Positions 24,806 through 34,364 of a stretch of DNA of 64,000 nt are shown here, one piece after another. Below the pieces are notes generated by a model that worked only from the letters and a program-made list of their open reading frames with translations, did not search any database and was not told where the DNA came from. Position numbers and translations under genes: made by a program. This DNA is from an uncultured Eubacteriales bacterium (GTDB lineage: Bacteria; Bacillota; Clostridia; Oscillospirales; CAG-272). The DNA lies in contig CAKSAC010000001.1 of assembly GCA_934434925.1 (NCBI GenBank), positions 126,959 through 190,958 on the forward strand. The letters are read 5' to 3'. How positions within the stretch are numbered: position 1 is the stretch's first letter; every line of letters starts with the position of its first letter.

Positions 24806-24920
24806 ACTGCATCCCTTCGGAAAGATCGATCTTGTGCCCTCGGAGGCGGCCTGTTTCCGTACGCTCTCTCAGGGCCCAGCGGATATCGCAAGCGAACCGC
24901 CGCGCTCCGCAGTCTATATT

Positions 24921-24949
24921 ATTATATAAGATTATCCGTACATTTGCAA
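24921..24949 (-). promoter_or_regulatory. Sigma-A promoter of the nahK-like operon
   Basis: On the minus strand, TTGCAA (24949-24944), a 17-nt spacer, then TATAAT (24926-24921). This leaves a 5' leader of about 110 nt. Confidence 0.55.
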
Positions 24950-25062
24950 TAGTTTTTTTCTTTTGAACGGCTTTTGGTATTTTAAGCCAAAGAAAAGGAC
25001 TGTCCGGCAGATGCAAAAGTGTTCCGAGACAATAATCCCGGATTTCGGAAACGGTAAAACCA

Positions 25063-25092
25063 TTGAAAATGCCTGCCCTTTCGGGACAGGCA
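25063..25092 (-). terminator. Rho-independent terminator of spoVT
   Basis: TGCCTGCCC pairs with GGGACAGGCA (25070-25092, one bulge), followed on the minus strand by a T-rich tract. Confidence 0.6.
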
Positions 25093-25106
25093 CTTTCTCG
25101 GGGAAA

Positions 25107-25661
25107 TCAGGATTCCATTTGTCGGCCGAGGAACCCGGCGGCTGTCTGTATCAGCTTGATTTCAATATCGTCGGCAATCTTTTCTTCCTGTTCCGCATCC
25201 TCATGCAAAACCGAAAGGACGCACCCGATCAGATCACCCTGCGAAAGGATCGGCATGGCACAACTGATATAGTGTACGCCGCCTTCATCGGTAACACGGA
25301 GCTTTTCGCCGCCGCGCCGATAGGTGTACAGGTTTCTTGATTCCATGATGTCTTCCAGTTCTCCGGAGACTTTTTTCTCCAGATACTCTTTTCTGGACAC
25401 ACCCGCCGCGGCGATTACAGCGTCGCGATCCGTGATGATGACTGCCATCGAGCAGGTCTTCTGTAAAGTGTCAGCATACTGTGCCGCAAAACCGCAAAGT
25501 TCTCCGATCGGCGAATATTTTTTGAAGATTACTTCACCTTCCCGGTCTGTATAGATTTCAAGGGGATCGCCTTCGCGTATCCGCATGGTACGCCGGATCT
25601 CCTTCGGTATTACGACGCGCCCGAGGTCATCTATACGACGCACAATTCCTGTTGCTTTCAT
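25107..25661 (-). CDS. spoVT: Stage V sporulation protein T (AbrB-type N-domain + GAF-like domain)
   Basis: MKATGIVRRIDDLGRVVIPKEIRRTMRIREGDPLEI is the SpoVT/AbrB swapped-hairpin domain. The 184-aa length and C-terminal domain fit SpoVT. Confidence 0.87.
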   Translation of the reverse strand: MKATGIVRRIDDLGRVVIPKEIRRTMRIREGDPLEIYTDREGEVIFKKYSPIGELCGFAAQYADTLQKTCSMAVIITDRDAVIAAAGVSRKEYLEKKVSGELEDIMESRNLYTYRRGGEKLRVTDEGGVHYISCAMPILSQGDLIGCVLSVLHEDAEQEEKIADDIEIKLIQTAAGFLGRQMES

Positions 25662-25886
25662 TTGGTTCTCCTTATTATTTACGCATAATTGCGCTTTATG
25701 AGGATATTATTTGAAAGCGCGGTATCTTTTATCCACCGGACGATTTGGAAAAGAATTCTGTCGCGCCCGAATTTATGTCATATGCAGAGAAAATCTTGGG
25801 GAAAAGAAACAATTACCGGGAAAAATGTTGACTTTTGCGTTCGACGGATTTATAATGAATGCATTCTTATAAGCAGAGGGATCTAC

Positions 25887-26840
25887 ATGACGGGAAAGAA
25901 GGCTGTCACGGCCATTGTGTTCGCCGGAGTTTTCTGGGGGATTGTCGGAATATTCGTAAAGGCTCTTTCGTCAAGCGGACTGGATGTTATGCAGGTGGTC
26001 GCTCTGCGGATGATCTGCGCCGCGCTGTCGCTTTTTCTCGTTCTTCTGCTGTTTGCGCCGAAGAAACTCAAAATCGATCTTCGGCATCTTCCCCTTTTAC
26101 TGGGCATCGGTTTTTTCGGACTGGAACTTTCGATTTATTTCTATTTTTACACGGCTATTCAAAGTCAGACCTCTGTGGCGGTCGTTTTGCTTTATACGTC
26201 TCCTGCCTTTGTTCTTCTGCTCTCTGTACCCGTTTTTCACGAAAAAATCAATATGAAAAAAACGGCGGCGCTACTTTTGACGGTTTCGGGTTGTGTTCTT
26301 GTTGCCGGGCTGATTGGCGGGAGTTATACGCTGTCTCCGCGCGTATTGCTTTTCGGGGTCGCGTCCGGGTTCTGCTATTCCCTGTACACGGTTTTCGGGA
26401 AATTTGCGCTCCGTTATTATGATTCTGTGACGGTTTCGTTCTATGCCTTCCTGGTCGCGGCAATCGCCAGTCTGTTTTTTGCGGATGTTCCGGGCGCTTT
26501 TTCCGTGATTGCGGCTTCCCCGTCTCTTATTCTTCCGGTCCTCGGAATGGGAATCGTTTCTTCAGTTTTTCCTTTTCTTCTTTATACATACAGCCTTCGT
26601 TTTATAGATTCCGGAAAGGCGGCCATTCTGTCCACGGTCGAGCCGTTGGTCGGGGCGGTTGTCGGCATTGTTGCGTATGGGGAACCCTACGATTTCCCGA
26701 AAATTCTCGGAATCCTTCTGATTCTTTCCGCCGTCCTTCTTCTGAATCTGCATCTGCATATCCATCACAGCAAAAAGAGTGTGCAGAAAGAAACAAAAAA
26801 GGCCGTTTCAAGCGGGTCATTTGAAACGGTTCCCCGATAA
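25887..26840 (+). CDS. EamA/DMT-family transporter
   Basis: Ten-helix hydrophobic ORF with duplicated EamA-like halves. I set the start to ATG 25887 (MTGKKAVTAIVFAGVFWG); the track's TTG extension is not hydrophobic. Confidence 0.7.
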   Translation: MTGKKAVTAIVFAGVFWGIVGIFVKALSSSGLDVMQVVALRMICAALSLFLVLLLFAPKKLKIDLRHLPLLLGIGFFGLELSIYFYFYTAIQSQTSVAVVLLYTSPAFVLLLSVPVFHEKINMKKTAALLLTVSGCVLVAGLIGGSYTLSPRVLLFGVASGFCYSLYTVFGKFALRYYDSVTVSFYAFLVAAIASLFFADVPGAFSVIAASPSLILPVLGMGIVSSVFPFLLYTYSLRFIDSGKAAILSTVEPLVGAVVGIVAYGEPYDFPKILGILLILSAVLLLNLHLHIHHSKKSVQKETKKAVSSGSFETVPR

Positions 26841-26929
26841 AAACAAACTGCGGAGAAAAACATCATTTCCCGGAACACGGACAAAAATACCGGAACGGAG
26901 AGCCGACGCTTTCTCGTTTTCCGCGAGGA

Positions 26930-26969
26930 GCCGGCATCGCTTCGTTTGCGATGCCGGCCTTATTTATTT
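26930..26969 (+). terminator. Rho-independent terminator
   Basis: 11-bp stem GCCGGCATCGC (26930-26940) / GCGATGCCGGC (26948-26958), followed by a T-rich tail. Confidence 0.65.
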
Positions 26970-27075
26970 CAAAAGGAAATATCGGGAGCAAGGCCGTCTT
27001 TTCCGTAGTTTTCTTCGGCAATCAGACTGTCGGCGGGCCTTGTCGTCCGCCGGAACCTTTCCGGATGTGAAACCC

Positions 27076-27115
27076 AAAAAGAGGGAGAAACCTTCGGTGC
27101 ATGACGTTCTCCCTC
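27076..27115 (-). terminator. Rho-independent terminator (minus strand)
   Basis: GAGGGAGAA (27081-27089) pairs with TTCTCCCTC (27107-27115), followed on the minus strand by TTTTT. Confidence 0.5.
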
Positions 27116-27134
27116 GTTTTGTGCGGCGGCCGGA

Positions 27135-27659
27135 TTATTCTTCGTCGGTTGCTTCGTCGTCTTCCGCGTCTTCCGCGTCCGGTTCGTCCTCGTTTTCCTC
27201 GTTCTCCTCGTATTCCGCTTCTTCCGTCCGGAACCCGAAGGCATCGGCAATCCGGTCTTTGATTGCGTCAACTGCGTCCCAGAGGTCGAAGAATGTGCGG
27301 GCAATATCGCCGCCTTCCCGGACGATTTCGGGCGGGAGATAATAACTGAAACAAAGCCGACCGTCTTCCGCCGTTACGGTGAAGAGCGAGACGGTGTTCA
27401 GCTCATTGATATAACGGAACAGCGCGTCGGCATCCGCGTCTTCTGGAATATCGCAATAATCAACGTAGAAAAACGGATGCACATCCTCGGCGATTGTCGC
27501 GATAATCTCATAGGAAGGATATCCTCCTTCTTCTTCTACCGGAAAGAAAAACGCGGTCAGGTTTTTTTGTTCTCCGACATTTTCCTGCGCGGAAATATCG
27601 TGAATGTCGCGTTCGTCAAACCATGCGAGCAGTTCTTGAGCAAGTTTCTTTGTATCCAT
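27135..27659 (-). CDS. Hypothetical protein (YbjN-like fold suspected) with a poly-acidic C-terminal tail
   Basis: 174-aa ORF. The last 35 or so residues are almost all E/D/A (EEAEYEENEENEDEPDAEDAEDDEATDEE). Confidence 0.5.
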   Translation of the reverse strand: MDTKKLAQELLAWFDERDIHDISAQENVGEQKNLTAFFFPVEEEGGYPSYEIIATIAEDVHPFFYVDYCDIPEDADADALFRYINELNTVSLFTVTAEDGRLCFSYYLPPEIVREGGDIARTFFDLWDAVDAIKDRIADAFGFRTEEAEYEENEENEDEPDAEDAEDDEATDEE

Positions 27660-27754
27660 GGTTTCATGGCACTATGTGCCGTCCTTTCATAAAATTAAAG
27701 CGGTTTTCCTTTATCAGTTTAGCATAGTCTGCAAAAAAAGTCAAGAAAACAGAT

Positions 27755-29947
27755 TTATTTGGAACTGCCGGTGGAAGGAATTTTGCGTTTTCGATACTTT
27801 TCCGCGTCTTTTACGTCGGAGGCGGGAACGGCGCTTTGCAGTTTTTGCCGGGGTTTGAGAGACATTACGCAAACGCCGGTCGAGGTCCTTGTGGATTTTA
27901 CCGGCAAAAGCGAGGAGGAAATCAACATTTTCCTTTCCTGGCTGTCTGTCAGGAAAATATCGATCGGCGCATCTTCGTAGAAAATGGCCACAATGGGCGA
28001 AGCACCCGAGAAGACGGCCGTTTGCCGGCGGCGGGAAGATTTGACGGCATATTTGTCAGCCGGAACGCGTAATCCTTTCCCGTTTTCAAACAGAAGGACA
28101 AAATTGTGAGCCGGGTTATATTCATAGAGACATTTCATGAAAACCGGATGTTCGTCCTCTTCCATGCCGAGTTTTGCGGGGAGATAATCTCCGAGAGCCG
28201 AAGCCTTTACCGGCTCAAAATCCGCCGCTTTTGCGCGGTATAGCTGTGCCTTGTCGGTGAAGAAGATGATTTCCGGGCGGTTATCGCATTCCTCGGAGCA
28301 AAGGACTGCGTCTCCCTCTTTCAGTTTTTGTTCATCATTCCCGCGCAGAGATTGCAGGGTGATTTTTTTGAAATAGCCCTCCCGGGTCATGATGAAATGA
28401 GCCTGATAGTTTTCGTCAAAGAGATCGTCATCATCGTAAACGCTGATTTCTTCCGCTCCGACAATCTGTGTCTTCCGAGGCTTTCCGTATTTCTTTTTGA
28501 TTTCCCGAAGCTGATCGGCAATGGCCGCTTTCAGTTTGATTTCGTCACCGAGCAAAGCCTCCAAGTCGGCCACTTGCTTTTGCAGATCGGAAATTTCCTG
28601 TACGCGGTTGAGAATGTACTCCCGGTTGAAGTTGCGGAGCTTGATATCGGCGATATATTCTGCCTGTACGCGGGTGAGAGAAAATCCCTCCATCAGATTC
28701 GGAACAACATCCGCGTCTTTTTCCGTACTGCGCACGATCCGGATGGCTTTATCTATGTCAAGCAGAATCTGACCAAGCCCCATAAGCAGGTGTAATTTAT
28801 CGCGCTTTTTTCCGAGGTCAAACTCCACTTCCCGCCGATAGCATCCGAGGCGGAAAGCAATCCACTCCTGCAAAATCCCGGCGATGCCGAGCTGCTGCGG
28901 CGAACCGTTGACCAGCACATTGAAATTGCAGTCAAAGTTATTTTCAAGATCGGTCAGACGAAAGAGTTTGCCCATCAGTTTTTCGGGATCTGTTCCCCGA
29001 CGCAAATCGAGCGTCAGTTTGAATCCGTTCAGGTCGATTGCGTCACGGAAATCAGTGACTTCTTTGAGCTTTCCGGCTTTGATGAGGTCGGCAATCTTTC
29101 CCATGATGGCTTCGATACTGGATGTGTACGGGATTTCAAGTATATCGATGCAGTTATTCTTTTCGTCATATGCGTATTTGGCGCGGAGCGGAATGCTGCC
29201 GACACCTGTTTCGTAGACCTTTTTCATTTTTTCGCGATTGTAGAGCAGATAGCCACCACCGGGGAAATCAGGTGCTTTGATAATATCCATCAGCCGGTCA
29301 ATCGGCGTGTTCGGGTTCCGTAAAAGCGCCACTGTTCCGTCGCATATTTCTGCAAGGTTGAAGGAGCAGATCGAACTGGCCAGGCCGACGGCGATACCGA
29401 GGTTCGGCGAAATCAGGATGTTCGGGAATGTGGTCGGCAAAAGTGCCGGCTCTTCCATGGTGTTATCGTAATTCGGAACCAGATCGACGGCGTTTTTATC
29501 AATTCCGCGAAAAAGCTCTTGGCAAAAAGAATCAAGTTTTACCTCGGTATAACGGGATGCGGCATAGGCCATATCTTTGCTGTACTGCTTGCCGAAACTG
29601 CCCTTTGAATCCACAAAAGGGTGCAACAACGCTTCATTTCCGCGCGTCAGGCGGACCATCGTTTCATAGATAGCGGCGTCGCCGTGCGGATTCAGTCGCA
29701 TAGTCTGCCCGACAACATTGGCGCTTTTGGTGCGCGCCCCTGTCAAAAGCCCCATTTTATACATCGTATAGAGGAGCTTGCGGTGTGAAGGCTTGAATCC
29801 GTCGATTTCCGGAATGGCGCGCGAAATAATCACGCTCATGACATAGGGCATATAGTTTGTTTCAATCGTTTCCGTAATCGGCTGATACCGGATCTCTGCC
29901 TCGGTTTGCGGATATTCCGCCGGGTCATTCTTCTTCTTTCTTGCCAT
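27755..29947 (-). CDS. parC: Type IIA DNA topoisomerase subunit A (ParC/GyrA-like, short form)
   Basis: AIPEIDGFKPSHRKLLY, NPHGDAAIYETMVRL and the catalytic AASRYTEVKL motif are present. At 730 aa it is shorter than a typical GyrA. No adjacent B subunit gene. Confidence 0.75.
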   Translation of the reverse strand: MARKKKNDPAEYPQTEAEIRYQPITETIETNYMPYVMSVIISRAIPEIDGFKPSHRKLLYTMYKMGLLTGARTKSANVVGQTMRLNPHGDAAIYETMVRLTRGNEALLHPFVDSKGSFGKQYSKDMAYAASRYTEVKLDSFCQELFRGIDKNAVDLVPNYDNTMEEPALLPTTFPNILISPNLGIAVGLASSICSFNLAEICDGTVALLRNPNTPIDRLMDIIKAPDFPGGGYLLYNREKMKKVYETGVGSIPLRAKYAYDEKNNCIDILEIPYTSSIEAIMGKIADLIKAGKLKEVTDFRDAIDLNGFKLTLDLRRGTDPEKLMGKLFRLTDLENNFDCNFNVLVNGSPQQLGIAGILQEWIAFRLGCYRREVEFDLGKKRDKLHLLMGLGQILLDIDKAIRIVRSTEKDADVVPNLMEGFSLTRVQAEYIADIKLRNFNREYILNRVQEISDLQKQVADLEALLGDEIKLKAAIADQLREIKKKYGKPRKTQIVGAEEISVYDDDDLFDENYQAHFIMTREGYFKKITLQSLRGNDEQKLKEGDAVLCSEECDNRPEIIFFTDKAQLYRAKAADFEPVKASALGDYLPAKLGMEEDEHPVFMKCLYEYNPAHNFVLLFENGKGLRVPADKYAVKSSRRRQTAVFSGASPIVAIFYEDAPIDIFLTDSQERKMLISSSLLPVKSTRTSTGVCVMSLKPRQKLQSAVPASDVKDAEKYRKRKIPSTGSSK

Positions 29948-29958
29948 TTTTTACTCCG

Positions 29959-31008
29959 TTATAATTTGATAATGTGATGTGCGGCGGCACGGATCATGCG
30001 GTTATAGAGAGCAAGGCCGAGTCCGTCCTGTCCGGGAAGAGGAGCATAGAGCGCCGTAAGATCGGCTTTATCCGCTTCCCGCAAAAGATAAAACAGACGA
30101 TGCGCCAGGGTCTTCGGCCGATCTTTGGACCCGACCGGAAAAAGACGACAATCGGGGAGCGCCGAAAAGGTTTCGACATCCTCGTCATAGCAGAGAACGC
30201 CGAATCTTCCCGTTTGGTTTCGGAGATAAGCCAGACACCGGCCGGGATCGCCGTCGAGCAGATAAAAAGGAACGGCGGGAGCGTAATGCTTGTATTTCAT
30301 CCCCGGGGACAAGACGCGTTCTCCGGGGGCGAGCGTCCCCAGCACGGCCGGCGCAATCGTAAGACGCGAACAACAGGCCGAAAGCTCATCCGGCGTGACG
30401 GCCCCGGGGCGCAAAAGCGTCAGGCTTTCATCTTCCTCGATCTTTACAATAGTGGACTCCAGTCCGATGGCGCAATCACCGCCGTTTATAATGATATCGA
30501 CCCGTCCGTACATGTCGTCCATAACGTGCGCGCAACAGGTCGGAGACGGGCTTCCGGACAGGTTGGCGGATGGGGCGGCAATCGGAACCCCCGCAGCCGA
30601 AATCAGCGCGTGGGCGACCGGATGTGACGGGCAGCGTACCGCCACCGTGGGAAGACCGGCCGTGACGGTTTTCGGAATAAGGGGTCGGGCCGGCAGGATG
30701 ACTGTCAGCGGGCCGGGCATAAAAGCCTCGGCAAGGCGGTAATAGAGCGGGGTGGTGTATGTATATTGTTCGGCATCTTCCGGGGATGCGATGTGGATGA
30801 TGAGCGGGTTATCGGCCGGGCGACCTTTGGCCGCATAAATTCTTCCGGCAGCCGCAGGGTCCAGCGCGTTCCCGCCGAGACCGTAGACAGTTTCCGTCGG
30901 AAAGACGACCAGTCCGCCGGATCGAAGCACCTCGCCGGGATGAGAGAGCGTTTTCGGCGAAATTTCTTTCTGCCCCGGAATAAGTTCCATTATTTCTGTT
31001 TTTTTCAT
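29959..31008 (-). CDS. L-threonylcarbamoyladenylate synthase (Sua5/YwlC long form)
   Basis: The YrdC domain (VVFPTETVYGLGGNA...AKGRPADNPLIIH) plus a Sua5 C-terminal domain. ATGA overlap with prfA. Confidence 0.85.
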   Translation of the reverse strand: MKKTEIMELIPGQKEISPKTLSHPGEVLRSGGLVVFPTETVYGLGGNALDPAAAGRIYAAKGRPADNPLIIHIASPEDAEQYTYTTPLYYRLAEAFMPGPLTVILPARPLIPKTVTAGLPTVAVRCPSHPVAHALISAAGVPIAAPSANLSGSPSPTCCAHVMDDMYGRVDIIINGGDCAIGLESTIVKIEEDESLTLLRPGAVTPDELSACCSRLTIAPAVLGTLAPGERVLSPGMKYKHYAPAVPFYLLDGDPGRCLAYLRNQTGRFGVLCYDEDVETFSALPDCRLFPVGSKDRPKTLAHRLFYLLREADKADLTALYAPLPGQDGLGLALYNRMIRAAAHHIIKL

Positions 31009-32075
31009 GTTGTTTTCAGCTTCCTGGCCATGTCTGCTTCGGTCAATGCGGTCAGCATTTCATCAATGTTTCCGTTCAAAAAGGAAAAAATGTCATATAA
31101 GGACATCCCGATCCGATGATCTGTTACACGTCCTTGCGGAAAATTATAAGTGCGGATTTTTTCGCTTCTGTCTCCGGTTCCGATCTGGCTTTTCCGCTCT
31201 TCGGCCAAGGCGCGTTCGCGTTTTTCGTTTTCTAAGCCCATCAGTTTCGTCCGCAGAAGTCGAAGGGCCGCTTCTTTGTTTTGCAGTTGACTTCTCTGCG
31301 TCTGGCTGGTGACGACGATGCCGGTGGGAATATGAAGTATCCGGACAGCGGATTCGGTTTTGTTGATATGCTGCCCGCCTGCGCCGCTGCTCTTCATGCT
31401 TTCAATATGAAGTTCGCCCATGTCGATGACCAGAGGATCGCTCCCTTCGGCCTCAGGCAGCACCGCTACGGTTACCGTGGAAGTATGAATGCGCCCTTGC
31501 GTTTCGGTTTTCGGAATTCGCTGTACCCGGTGCACGCCGCTTTCAAATTTCAGTTTTGCAAATGCCCCGTTCCCGACGACGCGGAAAATAATCTCACGGT
31601 ATCCGCCGAGTTCGGTTTCGTTACTTCCGATCACCTCGGTCGTATAGCCGTGTCCGTCTCCGTACATCCTGTACATCCGGAAGAGATCGCGTGCAAAGAG
31701 GGCAGCCTCTTCCCCGCCGGCTCCGGCACGGATTTCCATGACGGCGTTCCGATCGTCTTCGCGGTCTTTCGGAATCAGGAATGCCCGGAGTTTTTCAAGG
31801 AGGCTTTCGCTTTCGCGGTGCTTTTCCGCCGCTTCCTCTGCCGCAAAACGGCGGAGTTCCGGTTCCTGGCCCGGATCGGCGGAGATTCGATCGGCTTCCT
31901 CTTGTTCACGTTTGGCCGCGAGATAGGCGCGATAGGTATCGGCAATCGGAGAAAGCCGGTTGTATTCTTTGAGAAGATCCCGGTATGTATCCGGGGTGGG
32001 CGCGGGTTCCCCGGAGGCAAGGCGCGCCTCCAGTTCCGCCACCCGGAGCGCGATCTCTTCAAACTGTTTTTCCAT
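31005..32075 (-). CDS. prfA: Peptide chain release factor 1
   Basis: The GGQ motif (SGAGGQHINKTESAVR) and the RF1-type PKT tripeptide are present. I set the start to ATG 32075, in a TGATG overlap with the upstream stop; the track's TTG 32087 has no SD. Confidence 0.9.
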   Translation of the reverse strand: MEKQFEEIALRVAELEARLASGEPAPTPDTYRDLLKEYNRLSPIADTYRAYLAAKREQEEADRISADPGQEPELRRFAAEEAAEKHRESESLLEKLRAFLIPKDREDDRNAVMEIRAGAGGEEAALFARDLFRMYRMYGDGHGYTTEVIGSNETELGGYREIIFRVVGNGAFAKLKFESGVHRVQRIPKTETQGRIHTSTVTVAVLPEAEGSDPLVIDMGELHIESMKSSGAGGQHINKTESAVRILHIPTGIVVTSQTQRSQLQNKEAALRLLRTKLMGLENEKRERALAEERKSQIGTGDRSEKIRTYNFPQGRVTDHRIGMSLYDIFSFLNGNIDEMLTALTEADMARKLKTT

Positions 32076-33475
32076 CAGTCGCGGCAAAAAGCGGAGAAAG
32101 CTTCATGCAGAGCATACAAATCCGCCTTTGAGATGATTTCATAGGGGGCATGCATGGAGATAACGGGCAGGCCGAGATCAACGGTGTCGATATTCTGTTC
32201 GGCAATATACATTGCGACCGTTCCGCCGCCGCCTATATCGACCTTGCCGAGTTCGGCCGGTTGCCAGCTTACATGATTCTGCGCAAATATCCGCCGGATA
32301 AAACCGACGTATTCCGCCGAAGCATCATTGGAACCGGATTTCCCGCGGGAACCGGTAAATTTGCTCATGGCAGGACCTTTGGAAATCATGGCACTGTTGC
32401 GCTTTTCATAAACATCCGCATAATTCGGATCGAACGCGGCGTTCACATCGGCGGAAAGACATTTGGAAGCGTGGCGCATGGCCGACGGATTTTGACCGAG
32501 GGAACGCGCGATTTCCTCCATCAGATCGGCGAACAGACGGCATTGCAACCCGGTATTTCCGTTACTGCCGATCTCTTCTTTGTCCGCAAGAACCACAAAA
32601 AGCGTGTGCTTTGTTTCTTCTGCGGAGAAAAGCGCCGTCAGTGCGGGGTAAGCGCAACAACGGTCGTCATGGCCGTATCCGACCAAAAAGGCACGGTCAA
32701 GGCCCGCATCCCGGCATTTTCCGGCAGGAACGGCTGAAAGTTCCGCGCTGACAAAATCCTCTTCGCTGATTCCGTATTTTTCATGAAGAATACGCAAAAC
32801 ATTCAGTTTGATTGCGTTTTCTTCTTCCCCGGATGGCACCGGAATTCCGCCGACCAGCAGATTGAGGGTTTCCCCGCTGATGGCCTTTCCCAGAGGCTTC
32901 GCCGCCTGCTCCTGCCCGAGATGCGGGAGAAGATCGTTGATATAGAAGACCGGTTCACTTTCCTCTTCTCCGATACAGACATCCGCCTGACTGCCGTCCG
33001 CGCGGATTATGACGCCGTGGAGCGCAAGCGGAAGCGCCATCCATTGGTACTTCTTGATGCCGCCGTAATAATGCGTTTTGAGAAAGCTCATGCCGCCTTC
33101 TTCGTAGAGCGGGTTTTGTTTCAGATCCAGCCGAGGCGAATCGATATGCGCGGCAAGGACCCGCAAACCGTCTTCCGCAAGCGGAGCCGTTCCGATACGG
33201 AACAAAAAGATTCCCTTTTCTTTGTTGACAAAATAACGCTTGTCGCCGGCTTTCAGCACATCACCGAACCGATATTCGGTGTAACCGGCTTCCTCGGCCA
33301 TCTGTCGAGCGCACTTTGTCGCTTCGCGTTCGGTTTTGGCGGCGTTCAGAAAAGAGCGGTACGCCTCCGCATAGGAGAAGATTTTATTTAGTTTTTCCTC
33401 AGTGATATCTTTGTAAATGCTTTCCCGCGTGCAAAGCAACCCGGAAACCTCGTTTTTTTTCTTTTCAGCGGACAT
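32075..33475 (-). CDS. M18-family aminopeptidase
   Basis: 466-aa ORF with AAHIDSPRLDLK, YYGGIKKYQW and GYGHDDR motifs typical of M18 aminopeptidases. Confidence 0.75.
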   Translation of the reverse strand: MSAEKKKNEVSGLLCTRESIYKDITEEKLNKIFSYAEAYRSFLNAAKTEREATKCARQMAEEAGYTEYRFGDVLKAGDKRYFVNKEKGIFLFRIGTAPLAEDGLRVLAAHIDSPRLDLKQNPLYEEGGMSFLKTHYYGGIKKYQWMALPLALHGVIIRADGSQADVCIGEEESEPVFYINDLLPHLGQEQAAKPLGKAISGETLNLLVGGIPVPSGEEENAIKLNVLRILHEKYGISEEDFVSAELSAVPAGKCRDAGLDRAFLVGYGHDDRCCAYPALTALFSAEETKHTLFVVLADKEEIGSNGNTGLQCRLFADLMEEIARSLGQNPSAMRHASKCLSADVNAAFDPNYADVYEKRNSAMISKGPAMSKFTGSRGKSGSNDASAEYVGFIRRIFAQNHVSWQPAELGKVDIGGGGTVAMYIAEQNIDTVDLGLPVISMHAPYEIISKADLYALHEAFSAFCRD

Positions 33476-33476
33476 G

Positions 33477-34091
33477 TTATTCTCCTTTCATCGCAAGCCC
33501 GAGGCAGAACGCACGGACTTTTTCTTTCAGTTCTTCCCGCGTACCGTTGTTTTCCAGCTGGTAATCGGTATGGTCGCGTAAATATATTTCATCCGGTTGC
33601 GCGTCGATCCGCGCTTCGGCTTCATTGCGGGAAAAGCCGTTTCGCGCCATGATACGGCAAACGCGCGTTTCCCGATCTGCCAGAATTGCCACCGTCAGGT
33701 CGCATTCTGAGGAAAAACCGGATTCAAGCAAAAGCGGGGCGTTGATCAGCGCGGCAAACGCTCCGTCCGCCTCGGCTTTTTTGAAAAAATCCCGGCATTC
33801 TTCGAGGATTACACCGTGCGTCAGCCGATTCAGTAATTCCCTTCTTTCACGGGCTTCTTCCTCCGCCCCGAACACAAGAGCGGCCAGAGCGCGCCGATTC
33901 AGGGAACCGTCGCCGTTCAGAATGTCGTCGCCGAAAGCGTCCGCAAGAATACGGGTGCAGGCAGACGGAGACTCCGTGAGGCGGCGATAGACCTCATCTG
34001 CGTCAAGGCCCGGCACGCCGAACTCTGCAAAAAAATCTTGTGCCAGATTTTTACCGGAACCGATCCCGCCGCAAAGGCCGATTTTATACAT
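33477..34091 (-). CDS. coaE: Dephospho-CoA kinase
   Basis: MYKIGLCGGIGSGKN P-loop, followed by DADEV. The 204-aa length fits. Confidence 0.85.
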   Translation of the reverse strand: MYKIGLCGGIGSGKNLAQDFFAEFGVPGLDADEVYRRLTESPSACTRILADAFGDDILNGDGSLNRRALAALVFGAEEEARERRELLNRLTHGVILEECRDFFKKAEADGAFAALINAPLLLESGFSSECDLTVAILADRETRVCRIMARNGFSRNEAEARIDAQPDEIYLRDHTDYQLENNGTREELKEKVRAFCLGLAMKGE

Positions 34092-34199
34092 ATGTTATTT
34101 CTTTCCTCTCTGATCACGATTGCAAGCGTCCGGAATCTGAGCGGTGTAGCCGAAAGGCCCATCCGGAAACCGAAATCGTCATGTCGGAATTATTATATC

Positions 34200-34229
34200 A
34201 TTATATAACGGATAAGCACCTTTTGTCAA
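34200..34229 (-). promoter_or_regulatory. Sigma-A promoter of coaE
   Basis: On the minus strand, TTGACA (34229-34224), an 18-nt spacer, then TATAAT (34205-34200). Confidence 0.5.
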
Positions 34230-34266
34230 GAAAAGTGACAGAAACCTTAAAAAAACGCGGCATTCC

Positions 34267-34295
34267 TTGACTTTGCAGTAAGAATATGATATATT
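34267..34295 (+). promoter_or_regulatory. Sigma-A promoter of tmcAL
   Basis: TTGACT (34267-34272), a 17-nt spacer, then TATATT (34290-34295). Confidence 0.55.
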
Positions 34296-34364
34296 ATTTT
34301 ATTGTAGCGATCTGTCTGGTCGCCCGTCTCCCTGCCAATGAGTGTGATGCAAAGGAGTCCATGC

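Noticed and set aside
24806-24920. A possible TPP riboswitch (CUGAGA present) or ZTP riboswitch (ACUGCGG... and CCGCUGGGCC resemble ACUGGCG / CCGCCUGGGC) in the nahK-operon leader.
   Set aside because: The remaining conserved elements are missing (TPP: ACCC...GAACCUGAUC...GGGA; ZTP: GGGUCGUG and ACCGGG-GGA sub-domain spacing), and the gene context does not fit either class. I kept it only as an unclassified structured leader.
31005-32087. I checked the release-factor gene for the programmed +1 frameshift site typical of prfB.
   Set aside because: The protein has the RF1-specific PKT tripeptide and a single uninterrupted frame. It is prfA, so no frameshift is expected or seen.
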